DNA from: a virus
Lineage: Duplodnaviria; Caudoviricetes
DNA: 41,285 nt
Direction: 5' to 3' (one strand)
IMG/VR virus record: IMGVR_UViG_3300049171_000184
Coordinates: 1-41,285 of that record
Of the stretch, positions 1-7,527 are shown one piece after another. The first letter of the stretch is position 1. The number at the start of each line of letters is the position of its first letter. The notes under the pieces were generated by a model. The model did no database searches, was not told the origin of the DNA, and was given only the letters and a program-made list of their open reading frames with translations. The translations under genes and the position numbers were made by a program.

Positions 1-591
1 TCACCTGTCCTGGTCGCAAGTGTGGAGTGTTCGGCCGGTCAGTTCGCCGTAGCGATCGAGAAAGAGCCGCTCCGCCTGAGCTGGCGGCATCGGGACAATC
101 TCGATGTCCGCAGGCGTCCGGCCCCGGGTGTATTGCCAGTCGTCGCGGTTCCGCATGAGAGCGACTTGCTCGGTCGCCAGCATCACGATGTCAGCTTCCT
201 TGATCGAACGATGCATCGGCAGCGGCAAACCGTACTGCTGGAACAGCACCGCCTCGATGGCGTGCTCAATCGCTCGATACTCCGGCAGCAGATCCTTGAG
301 CGGCTTCGCCATGTCGCCGACAAACGCCTCTACGGCGTCGTGCATCAGACCGGCGAATGCATGTTCCGGCGGCACGAGCTGACTGACGTGAACGCTGTGC
401 TGCGCGACTGAGTAGAAATCGCGGCAGTGTCCGGCGAACCGACAGATGTTCGATAGGCCGTGTGCGATGTCTTCAATGCGGAAGGCGCAACTGCCGGGAT
501 CCAGGAAGTCGAAGTATTCGCCACCCGACAGCAGGATGGTGGGTCCGACAATGCGCCGCACGGTAGCGGACTGCTCGATCGCGGTGGTCAT
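1..591 (-). CDS. HD-domain phosphohydrolase (YfbR/YfdR-like 5'-deoxynucleotidase family)
   Basis: IEDIAHGLSNICRFAGH...YSVAQHSV...GLMHDAVEAFVGDM...IKEAD motifs; ATG at 591 overlaps the stop of the upstream gene (ATGA). Confidence 0.9.
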   Translation of the reverse strand: MTTAIEQSATVRRIVGPTILLSGGEYFDFLDPGSCAFRIEDIAHGLSNICRFAGHCRDFYSVAQHSVHVSQLVPPEHAFAGLMHDAVEAFVGDMAKPLKDLLPEYRAIEHAIEAVLFQQYGLPLPMHRSIKEADIVMLATEQVALMRNRDDWQYTRGRTPADIEIVPMPPAQAERLFLDRYGELTGRTLHTCDQDR

Positions 592-1166
592 GCGATGACC
601 TCGAATTTCTCGACTTCGTTGCCCCAAGACGCCCAGCCGGGACGCGACGTGCGGGCGAAGAGCTCGACACGGGGGAGGTCGCCGAACAGCGCCACGATAT
701 CGTCGGCAGCCCGATCCGGCTTGCGGCTGTGTTCGCGAACGGGCTCAACGATCAGCTGGCGGACGGCGCGGGATCGGCGCTCGAGCGAGCCGCTGATCCC
801 GAGCAGGCACATCTCGGGATTGGCGCGGGTGTAGTACCCGGTTCCCATGTGCCAACCGGCATCCAGCTTCGTGCGCTTGACCCAGGTGAAGGCGACCGTG
901 GCGAAGCGGAAGCCCCAGCGGCGCATCGTGTCGATCGCGTGATCGAGCAGCGGATCCGTCGCCCACAGGAACAGCGCGCAGTCCCCGGCAGCCAGGTGGC
1001 CAACCGGCAGCGCCTTGATCTGCTCGAGCGAGAGGGTCGAGTAGTGCCGGTTCGGGTTACGGCTCTCGCCCTTGGCGCTGTAGTTTTCGAACGGCCACGC
1101 GGGGTCCGCGTAGATGATGTTGTAGCCGAACATGCGCAGGCCGGCGAATGGGGGCGGGGCGGTCAT
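588..1166 (-). CDS. MT-A70 family adenine-N6 methyltransferase
   Basis: IIYADPAW (DPPW-like motif), LFLWAT, FTWVK, GYYTRANPEMCLLG, REHSRKP, ELFAR..RPGW..WGNE; start at ATG 1166 (ATGA overlap), not 1718. Confidence 0.9.
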   Translation of the reverse strand: MTAPPPFAGLRMFGYNIIYADPAWPFENYSAKGESRNPNRHYSTLSLEQIKALPVGHLAAGDCALFLWATDPLLDHAIDTMRRWGFRFATVAFTWVKRTKLDAGWHMGTGYYTRANPEMCLLGISGSLERRSRAVRQLIVEPVREHSRKPDRAADDIVALFGDLPRVELFARTSRPGWASWGNEVEKFEVIA

Positions 1167-1543
1167 GCGGAGCGCCTCCGGGCTTCTGCGGCAGCGGCTC
1201 GCTCGAGCCGGCCCAGGAGCGACCATCGGGTCGATATCGAACTTGGGGTCCGCCGCATCGCGGCTGCGATCTCCACCTCCCTCAGACCCGCCGCCTTCAG
1301 GTGGCGTAGCTGCGCGTCTTCCTCGGCGGAAAAGCGGCCGCGAAAGACGTTGGACGGCGGCACGCCGGGACCGACAGGGTGCACATCGGAAGCCTCCAGC
1401 GGCTCGCAGGGGGCCCGGTGGGTGCAGCCGACGTCGCCGCGCGTGCCGCAGCGGACACAGGGATCCCGGCCGGGCGCCGGTGGGCGGGCCTCGTTGTCGA
1501 GCACCAGGCGCAGGATGGGGGACGGGTTCAGAAGCTGGTTCAC
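1163..1543 (-). CDS. Small protein with a CxxC...C-x-H knuckle and a C-terminal Myb/SANT-like HTH
   Basis: PCVRCGTRGDVGCTH followed by FSAEEDAQL...EIAAAMRRTPSSISTRW; GTGA overlap at 1540-1543. Confidence 0.6.
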   Translation of the reverse strand: MNQLLNPSPILRLVLDNEARPPAPGRDPCVRCGTRGDVGCTHRAPCEPLEASDVHPVGPGVPPSNVFRGRFSAEEDAQLRHLKAAGLREVEIAAAMRRTPSSISTRWSLLGRLERAAAAEARRRSA

Positions 1544-1797
1544 TTGGAGTTCTCCACCTGGCGTGCCTTCCAGGAGGCGAAGGCCTCGGCATGGGGCGGG
1601 CACAGATCCTTGTCGGGGGCGGGGGTGGTGCTGCAGTTCGAGCAGACGGGCGCATCGCAGGTGCCGCTGCGCCTGGTGGGAACCTTCCAGTCGCACAGCC
1701 GTGTCGCCGGCCGGCCACATCGGCAGCGTTGCCGGCGCCGGGAAGAGCAGACGATCGCCGCCCCCCCGCTCGGTAGGGTGATACGTTCGCAGACCAT
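1540..1797 (-). CDS. Cys-rich putative zinc-finger phage protein
   Basis: CRC...LCDW...TCDAPVCSNC...DLCPPH; coupled to both neighbours by stop/start overlaps. Confidence 0.65.
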   Translation of the reverse strand: MVCERITLPSGGAAIVCSSRRRQRCRCGRPATRLCDWKVPTRRSGTCDAPVCSNCSTTPAPDKDLCPPHAEAFASWKARQVENSK

Positions 1798-1922
1798 CAC
1801 CACGCTCCGGAGGCGAGCCACCAGAGTGCGCCGCCCAGCCAGGGCGCAGCGATCAGAGCAGCGAGGGCCGCCAGCTTGCGGAGGCTGATCGTCTTGGTGG
1901 GCCCCAGGGCGATCACGTTCAT
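1797..1922 (-). CDS. 41-aa single-TM membrane peptide (not in the ORF track)
   Basis: Hand translation MNVIALGPTKTISLRKLAALAALIAAPWLGGALWWLASGAW; TGATG overlaps at both ends. Confidence 0.6.
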   Translation of the reverse strand: MNVIALGPTKTISLRKLAALAALIAAPWLGGALWWLASGAW

Positions 1923-3043
1923 CACGCCACCTCGCTTTCGGCGGGAAGGCGATCGTTGACGTTCGGGTCTTCGAAATCCTCCGGACCGGCCGCGCGGGGC
2001 ATCGCGTCGTGCAGCATACAGTCGAGCTCGCGCCCGGCCTTCTTCTTGCCGACCTTCAGGAAGCGCAGCTGGGGCAGATCCTCACGCGCCAAGCCATAGT
2101 CGTTGGCGTGCCAGGCGGGCATCCCGTCATAGTTCGAGCGCCAGGGCAGACCATCCCGGCGAGGCGCGAGCAGCTCGGCCGGCCAGTGCTCGCCCCACTG
2201 CTTGAAGAAGAACGGGACGCCGGTCGCGAGGCACTGGTCCCGCAGGGAGCGAACCCAGCTGGGATCCGCCGGGCGAGCAGCCGGGCCGCTCTCTCCACCC
2301 ACGACTACCCAGTCTAGCTTCGGACCCTCTCCCCTGTGCGGACGCAGGACGCCGTGCGTTCCGGCAAGCGCATCGATCTCTGTTGGCGGGTCGATGGGCT
2401 GCAGGTGGCGAAGGTCGATCGGGCCCAGGAGCGGCTCCGCCGAAATCCACCGGACTGCTGCCGGCGTTTGCAGCAGATCGGCGATGCGCTCGTCGGCGTA
2501 ATGCTGATCTTCGGTTGAGACGCCGAGCCAGACGTTCGGAAGCGGCCATGTCTGCCCTTCCTTCAGCAGTAGGAAGCGGTTGCCGTCGCGGGGGTCCGGG
2601 CCAATCTGTTCCCGGGTTCGGCTGACGACATAACGGCCGCTGCGCTCAAACTGCGATAGGTATTGTCGCATCCGAGCGCTGCGCTTCGTGAGCACCTGAA
2701 AGGTGTGTTGCGGTGCCAGCGCCATCACCGCGAAGACGCGGTCGATCCACTCGTCGGGCACGTTCTCGTGGAACAGGTCGCCATGCGCGCAGACGAAGAT
2801 CATGCGCGGTCGGTGCCAGCGCAGGGGCTGGTCGAGCCACTGATCGTTGAAACGCACCTCGCCGGTCCACTTGGGGCGGCCGCCGCTCATGCGCGTCAGG
2901 CCCGCGCGGCTCGGATGCCCGGCCAGGCGCGTGCCGGCGAGCAACATGGCATAGCAGTTGGTGCAGCCGGGCGAGGACAGGGAGCAACCCGTGATCGGGT
3001 TCCAGGTCGCCTCGGTCCACTCGATCTTGGTACCGTCGCTCAC
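1922..3043 (-). CDS. DUF5131 / phage Gp37Gp68 family protein (three-Cys, radical-SAM-like)
   Basis: TKIEWTEATWNPITGCSLSSPGCTNCYA, GDLFHE, HTFQVLTKR, NVWLGVS, SAEPLLG, WVVVGGESG, PFFFKQWG; GTG start at 3043. Confidence 0.92.
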   Translation of the reverse strand: MSDGTKIEWTEATWNPITGCSLSSPGCTNCYAMLLAGTRLAGHPSRAGLTRMSGGRPKWTGEVRFNDQWLDQPLRWHRPRMIFVCAHGDLFHENVPDEWIDRVFAVMALAPQHTFQVLTKRSARMRQYLSQFERSGRYVVSRTREQIGPDPRDGNRFLLLKEGQTWPLPNVWLGVSTEDQHYADERIADLLQTPAAVRWISAEPLLGPIDLRHLQPIDPPTEIDALAGTHGVLRPHRGEGPKLDWVVVGGESGPAARPADPSWVRSLRDQCLATGVPFFFKQWGEHWPAELLAPRRDGLPWRSNYDGMPAWHANDYGLAREDLPQLRFLKVGKKKAGRELDCMLHDAMPRAAGPEDFEDPNVNDRLPAESEVA

Positions 3044-3189
3044 AGGATCCACCGGAAGACTCGAGTGAAGAGGCCGGGCCGTTCCATCGGCTGGATCGGA
3101 CCGTGGGTGTGGCGCCGGATCGAGGCGTCGTGGACGGGCCGTGGCTGCGTCCAGTGATCCGCCCGGCTTCGTTCGAAGCGGCGGCTCAT
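3040..3189 (-). CDS. 49-aa hypothetical protein (not in the ORF track)
   Basis: MSRRFERSRADHWTQPRPVHDASIRRHTHGPIQPMERPGLFTRVFRWIL; fills the gap exactly, with 4-nt overlaps at both ends. Confidence 0.55.
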   Translation of the reverse strand: MSRRFERSRADHWTQPRPVHDASIRRHTHGPIQPMERPGLFTRVFRWIL

Positions 3190-3299
3190 GACCCGGGCAC
3201 TCCCATCAGGAGCTGCGGGACGAGCGCGATCAGCGTGGCTGCGGCGGCGCCGATGGCGAGGCCGGCCAAGCGGTCGCTGGCGTGGCTGATCCAGCCCAT
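3186..3299 (-). CDS. 37-aa membrane peptide (not in the ORF track)
   Basis: MGWISHASDRLAGLAIGAAAATLIALVPQLLMGVPGS; start overlaps the gapR stop. Confidence 0.5.
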   Translation of the reverse strand: MGWISHASDRLAGLAIGAAAATLIALVPQLLMGVPGS

Positions 3300-3535
3300 C
3301 AGCTGAGCCCCAGCGCGGCTTTGTAGGTTTCGAGGATCGCGGCCATCTCGGCGCGATCGTCGGGCTTCATTTTCCGAAGCCGCACGATCTCGCGCATGAT
3401 CTTGGCGTCGTAGCCGGTAGCTTTCGCTTCGGCGTAGACATCGCGGATATCGTCCGAAATGCCCTTCTTCTCTTCCTCGAGGCGCTCGACCCGTTCGATC
3501 AACAGGCGCAGGCGATCGTCGCTGGCTTCAGCCAT
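3299..3535 (-). CDS. gapR: GapR-like (DUF2312) nucleoid-associated DNA-binding protein
   Basis: DRLRLLIERVERLEEEKKGISDDIRDVYAEAKATGYDAKIMREIVRLRK, the characteristic DUF2312 sequence; GAGAGG RBS. Confidence 0.93.
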   Translation of the reverse strand: MAEASDDRLRLLIERVERLEEEKKGISDDIRDVYAEAKATGYDAKIMREIVRLRKMKPDDRAEMAAILETYKAALGLS

Positions 3536-3707
3536 CGTAGTTTCCTCTCGCGTCTTCGGTGGTTGGTTGCTGGCGGGGAGGAGCCAAGAGCAGTGACCCG
3601 ATGATCAGGCCGCCCATGGCGAGGGCCAGCACCAGCAGGCCAACGAGCCCGCGGGCCCTGGCGCGGCGCATGGCGAGCATCTCGGCTTGGAAATCGCGAC
3701 CATTCAT
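3528..3707 (-). CDS. 59-aa single-TM protein (not in the ORF track)
   Basis: MNGRDFQAEMLAMRRARARGLVGLLVLALAMGGLIIGSLLLAPPRQQPTTEDARGNYDG; ATGA overlap with the upstream gene. Confidence 0.55.
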   Translation of the reverse strand: MNGRDFQAEMLAMRRARARGLVGLLVLALAMGGLIIGSLLLAPPRQQPTTEDARGNYDG

Positions 3708-4156
3708 GCCGGCACCGCAAAGCGCATGGCCGGCGGGGGAGGCATGTGGAGCACGCCGCGATCAGCGCCATTGGCGCTCTCGAGGCAGGCTGTGCACAGC
3801 TCAGGGTCGTGGTGCGACCAGGCGCAAGCGGTGCTGCCAATTCGGCAGGCATCGTGCCACGTGCAGCCGCACACCTTGCAGATCTGCGGCACCGGCAGAT
3901 TGCCGGCGGGTCCAGCGCCAGCGATCGCCACCAGCTGCAGGTAGACGTCGATGTCGAACGCGAACGCCGACCGCACGTGCTCCGCTTGCTGGCGGGAGAA
4001 CGGCCGCCGGTCTTCCTCAGCTTCCAAGAGGCGCTGACGCATGCGGCGAACGTCGTCGCTTGTCGCGCGGCCCCTTGCTGCGATCTCTGCAGCCGCCTGC
4101 GGCAAACCAAGACCCGCGACTTCGCGGCGCTTGGCGAGGTATGTGCCCGGCGACAT
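3704..4156 (-). CDS. XRE-like HTH protein with a C-terminal Cys-rich Zn finger
   Basis: SPGTYLAKRREVAGLG N-terminus; CKVCGCTWHDAC...CAW...LCTAC; TGATG overlap at 4156. Confidence 0.65.
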   Translation of the reverse strand: MSPGTYLAKRREVAGLGLPQAAAEIAARGRATSDDVRRMRQRLLEAEEDRRPFSRQQAEHVRSAFAFDIDVYLQLVAIAGAGPAGNLPVPQICKVCGCTWHDACRIGSTACAWSHHDPELCTACLESANGADRGVLHMPPPPAMRFAVPA

Positions 4157-4476
4157 CAGAGGGCGGCCCACGGGTCGAGCTCGGCCGCGGCAGTAGCAGC
4201 TGCGAGCGCGTAGAAGATCGAGGGCTCAAACGGGAACACGGCGCGCGCCTGCAGGGCGCCGATCAGCCGGGAATACTCGCCGGGCGTGTTCCGCTCGAGC
4301 AGCACGAGATCGCGGCGACTGTGCGCGCGGTCTTCGGTGGAGAGCGCGATAGCCGCGGCGCTGGCCCGGGTGCTCTTGCCGGCGCGCTTGCGGCAAGCGC
4401 GCATGTAGCCGCCGGGCGTCAGGTTCGGGTCGAGCGGGCGCGCCGGTAGCGTGCTGAGACCGCGGGGAGAGTACAT
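4156..4476 (-). CDS. XRE-like HTH protein, paralogue of 3704-4156
   Basis: TPGGYMRACRKRAGKS...FPFEPSIFYAL aligns by eye with SPGTYLAKRREVAGLG...FAFDIDVYLQL; AAAGGA RBS upstream of ATG 4476. Confidence 0.6.
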   Translation of the reverse strand: MYSPRGLSTLPARPLDPNLTPGGYMRACRKRAGKSTRASAAAIALSTEDRAHSRRDLVLLERNTPGEYSRLIGALQARAVFPFEPSIFYALAAATAAAELDPWAAL

Positions 4477-4509
4477 GGTCAAGGCGCCGTTCCTTTCGGG
4501 CAGCAGAAA

Positions 4510-4650
4510 GCCGCTCCCGGAAGCGAGCCGGGCGCGGCGGATCAGGTTGGGGAAACCGGGGCGGGCAGCAGGGGGAAAGCCCGCCCCGGCCTTGGGAGGT
4601 GGGGGAGGAAATCCCACCCCATTGCGCCGACGAAGCCGCGCCGGCGCAAT
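4510..4650 (-). other. Non-coding cluster of four GC-rich hairpins within the early operon
   Basis: Stems at 4510-4538, 4556-4566/4579-4589 (11 bp perfect), 4598-4603/4613-4618 and 4621-4629/4642-4650 (9 bp perfect). Confidence 0.6.
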
Positions 4651-4654
4651 TCGG

Positions 4655-5137
4655 TTACGGCGGCCCGGTCTGGTGGTTGTCCGGTTGGCCGGCGCCCAGC
4701 AGCGGGAAAGTCCGCTTGATCACTTCGAAGGCTTCAACCAGCTCGCGCAGAGCGGCTTCGCGCTCTGCCTGGGTGGCTCCGGGCAGGCTGGCCGCGACCA
4801 GCGCGCTGCCGGCCTCGCCGCATTCGCGGATGACATCGACGGCGCGGCGGCCGAGCGCATGGCGATCGGCGAACCTTTCGATCTCGGCCAGCTCGAGCTT
4901 GAGGGTGTAGGCCTCCCACAGCGGGGCGCCTTCCCCACCGGCTTCCTGGTAGGCGAGATCGAGGGCGATCGCGCAGTCGAGCGGGATCTGCTCGGGCGTG
5001 TCCGGGTCACCCCAGTTGCGCACAGTCCGATCCTTGCGCCCGGTGGCGGTAGCCATCGTTTCCCAGCCGCCTTCGAGCTGGCCGGCGATGCGCGCCAGTG
5101 CGGCGTCGATCGACAAGGGCGGGCGGCGCTTGGTCAT
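4655..5137 (-). CDS. CII-like phage regulatory protein
   Basis: Position just downstream of cro; HTH-like ATATGRKDRTVRNWGDPD followed by IPLDCAIALD. Confidence 0.6.
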   Translation of the reverse strand: MTKRRPPLSIDAALARIAGQLEGGWETMATATGRKDRTVRNWGDPDTPEQIPLDCAIALDLAYQEAGGEGAPLWEAYTLKLELAEIERFADRHALGRRAVDVIRECGEAGSALVAASLPGATQAEREAALRELVEAFEVIKRTFPLLGAGQPDNHQTGPP

Positions 5138-5250
5138 ACGCCGCCCGCCACGCGCTCGCCCGTTGCGCTGGAGCGAGCTGCAAAGTCGTTACGCGATCGC
5201 AAGGGACTGGCGAGATCGCGCGTGAGAATGAGGCGCAGAGGGAGCGTCAC
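5134..5250 (-). CDS. Possible 38-aa peptide between cro and the cII-like gene
   Basis: The GTG start overlaps the cro stop, and its TGA overlaps the next ATG. Confidence 0.35.
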   Translation of the reverse strand: MTLPLRLILTRDLASPLRSRNDFAARSSATGERVAGGV

Positions 5251-5552
5251 GATTGCACACCTGCGAGCGCATCATTGGTGTTGGGGGCCGCCAGCGGAGC
5301 AGGAGGGTACTCCGCTGGCGACTGCGCGGACGGATCCGCGCGGGGGTAGATGTCGGGGCGCAAGTCGTGGCGCGAGATGCCCGTCGCGGCCTCCACAGCG
5401 AACACATGTTCAGCGGGCAGAGGCTTGCTGTCCTTCAGCCACTCGAAAATGGAGGTCTGGTGCTTGCCGATCAGGCGGGCCAACGCGGACTGCCCGCCTA
5501 GCTTGCGACAGGCCTGTGCCAGCGGTGTGTCGAGTTCGTCTTGCAGTGCCAT
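5247..5552 (-). CDS. cro: Cro-like repressor (YdaS family)
   Basis: LGGQSALARLIGKHQTSIFEW...PAEHVFAVEAATGISRHDLRPDIYP; divergent from cI. Confidence 0.88.
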   Translation of the reverse strand: MALQDELDTPLAQACRKLGGQSALARLIGKHQTSIFEWLKDSKPLPAEHVFAVEAATGISRHDLRPDIYPRADPSAQSPAEYPPAPLAAPNTNDALAGVQS

Positions 5553-5561
5553 GAGTCGGGG

Positions 5562-5627
5562 TATGGGCGAGCCCATAGGGGGAGTCAATGGGCAAACCCA
5601 TATTTCCCGCCTATTGGTTTCCCAATA
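5562..5627. promoter_or_regulatory. Three 16-bp palindromic operators of the cI/cro switch, overlapping a leftward promoter (-35 TTGACT at 5588-5583)
   Basis: TATGGGCGAGCCCATA (5562-5577), AATGGGCAAACCCATA (5587-5602) and TATTGGTTTCCCAATA (5612-5627), spaced exactly 25 bp. Confidence 0.85.
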
Positions 5628-5638
5628 GATCATCGCTG

Positions 5639-6310
5639 ATGACGGTAGGGCAGCGCGTAGCAGAATTACTCGACGCGACTGGCCTGTCGCAGGCCGAACT
5701 CGCGCGCCGCGTGAACGTCGATCAAAGCACCATCAACGGGCTAATCCGCGGGTCGGCACGAAGCTCGAGGCACCTTCACAAGATTGCCCGGGAGCTCGGC
5801 ACAACCTGGGAATATCTGACGGGCGAGACGAACGACCCCGGGCCCGACGCCGGTAAAGCACGTGCGCAGCCTATCGCTGATGTTCCCGAGGAAAGCGACG
5901 ACACCGTCGAAGTGACCGCCCTCGATGTCGCATACGGCATGGGTGGCACTTACATCGACGACGCCCAGGTCGGATCTGAAAAGGTGAAGTTCAGCCGCAG
6001 CTGGCTGAGGCACTATACCGACGCACCCCCGGAAATGCTGTTCGTGGCGCAGGGCATCGGTGACTCGATGTGGCCGACGATCCACGATACCGACACCGTG
6101 ATCGTCGATCGAAGCGAGCGCGTGCCGCGCATGGCCGACAAGATCTGGGCGATGGCGTTCGGCGACGTGGGCATGATCAAGCGGCTGAGGCCGCGGCCGG
6201 ACGGGACGATGGTCATCCTGTCGGACAACCCGCAGGTGCCGGAGGACCGGGCGACGGACGGTGAGCTTTTCATCGTCGGCCGGGTGGTCGCGATCGTCCG
6301 CAAGGTGTGA
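5639..6310 (+). CDS. cI: CI repressor (XRE HTH + S24 autopeptidase)
   Basis: LSQAELARRVNVDQSTINGL HTH; GDSM (catalytic Ser), IKRL (catalytic Lys), AYGMG cleavage-site region, IVGRVV C-terminus. Confidence 0.93.
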   Translation: MTVGQRVAELLDATGLSQAELARRVNVDQSTINGLIRGSARSSRHLHKIARELGTTWEYLTGETNDPGPDAGKARAQPIADVPEESDDTVEVTALDVAYGMGGTYIDDAQVGSEKVKFSRSWLRHYTDAPPEMLFVAQGIGDSMWPTIHDTDTVIVDRSERVPRMADKIWAMAFGDVGMIKRLRPRPDGTMVILSDNPQVPEDRATDGELFIVGRVVAIVRKV

Positions 6311-6729
6311 TGACCGAGCCGGCCCGATCCCTGCCGGCTCTAACTCTGGCGGTGGTCGGCGTTCGGCATCCGAACAAGGACAATTCCGACCGGCGGTTCT
6401 TCATCAGGCTGTGCGTGCCCGGGGAGCCGGTAGAGCTGCGGCCCGAGCCGAAGAACGAATTCGACGAGCATGCGGTGGCGGTGTTCACCAAACGCGGCAA
6501 GCAGATCGGATACCTGGCGGCCGACCGGGCGCCGCGGATCGGGGCGCTGATCCGGCAGGGGCGGGAGCTGCAGGCGGTGTTCCAAGCCGAGACGCAGTTC
6601 GGAGCGTGGATCCGCGTGGCGTTTGACGGAGAGGTGCCGGTGCTACCGTCGCCAGCAGCGGAGCAATTGCGCGAGGGGGCAGATCTGGATCCGGACTTCT
6701 ACCCGGATGAGGAATGGCCGGACGAATAG
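6310..6729 (+). CDS. HIRAN-domain protein
   Basis: LAVVGV...VELRPEPKNEFDEHAVAV...QIGYL; TGATG-coupled to cI. Confidence 0.88.
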   Translation: MTEPARSLPALTLAVVGVRHPNKDNSDRRFFIRLCVPGEPVELRPEPKNEFDEHAVAVFTKRGKQIGYLAADRAPRIGALIRQGRELQAVFQAETQFGAWIRVAFDGEVPVLPSPAAEQLREGADLDPDFYPDEEWPDE

Positions 6730-6732
6730 GGG

Positions 6733-7482
6733 ATGGGGATGAGTATCTGTAATTTCCGGGTGGTGTTGGCGAGCGCATGCGTTTGCATGGGTTGGTCGCT
6801 GCCGGCTGTGGCTCAAATCTATGATCCGTACAGCGATGCGATCGGTGTCGGGCAGACAGACGAGGTTTTGCCAGCGGTAGCTGTCGAGCGGGCTGTTAGC
6901 GCAGGCGAGCCCATCGTCCTGACGAAGTGGAAGCGGACCTCTGAGGGCGCCTCACTCGATGTCGAGGCAGTGGCCAAGAACGGCAACCTGCTACACGCGG
7001 GCACGCTGCTCTATCGCATCGAAACGTCACGGGCATTCAAGGCTTGCACCGTGCGCCAGGATGACACCGGGACAAGTGACTGCTTCATCGATGATGACGG
7101 CGATGGAACCTTCGATCGTGCTGCGCGAGGATCAATCGGGGGCGCCAAGGAAATGGCTGCTCCGGCTCGCTACAACAGGCTCACGACAGTTGATCTGCCG
7201 GCCGGAGGAAACGGCTTCGAGCGTCGTATCCTCTACCAGGGAGCTGAAGGCGGCAACCTGAAGCTGAGCTATCGCGAATTCTCGAATGACATCGCGCGCT
7301 TACCGTTCAGCGAGGAACTATCGATCCCCCTCACGGCGAACTTCCCGCAGCAATTCGCGGCCAAAGGCCTCATCTTCACCGTCTTCTCAATCGATGGTCT
7401 TGGGCTGAAGTATCAGCTCGACAAGGTGGGCGAGGAAAGCGGTTGGGGCAGCGAGTTCCGCCTCGAGGCCGACGGCGGCTAA
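6733..7482 (+). CDS. Secreted/periplasmic hypothetical protein
   Basis: Signal peptide ending LPAVA-Q; DDDGDG Ca-loop-like motif; ILYQG...LSYREFSNDIARLPFS. Confidence 0.75.
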   Translation: MGMSICNFRVVLASACVCMGWSLPAVAQIYDPYSDAIGVGQTDEVLPAVAVERAVSAGEPIVLTKWKRTSEGASLDVEAVAKNGNLLHAGTLLYRIETSRAFKACTVRQDDTGTSDCFIDDDGDGTFDRAARGSIGGAKEMAAPARYNRLTTVDLPAGGNGFERRILYQGAEGGNLKLSYREFSNDIARLPFSEELSIPLTANFPQQFAAKGLIFTVFSIDGLGLKYQLDKVGEESGWGSEFRLEADGG

Positions 7483-7527
7483 GATCTGAAGGAAATTGGC
7501 TTGGACGGCTAACAGGGGGACGGCGGA

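Noticed and set aside
1-591. HD protein as DatZ of a 2-aminoadenine (Z-genome) pathway
   Set aside because: No purZ, mazZ or phage DNA polymerase in the window; YfdR-like HD genes are common in ordinary prophages
1167-1718. Long N-terminal extension of the MT-A70 ORF (588-1718)
   Set aside because: Low-complexity Pro/Arg read-through of GC-rich DNA that overlaps two better coupled ORFs; the ATGA overlap supports a start at 1166
5588-5638. Upstream starts for cI (5588) and cro (5633)
   Set aside because: They would run through the three operators and overlap each other; the HTH domains begin at 5639 and 5552
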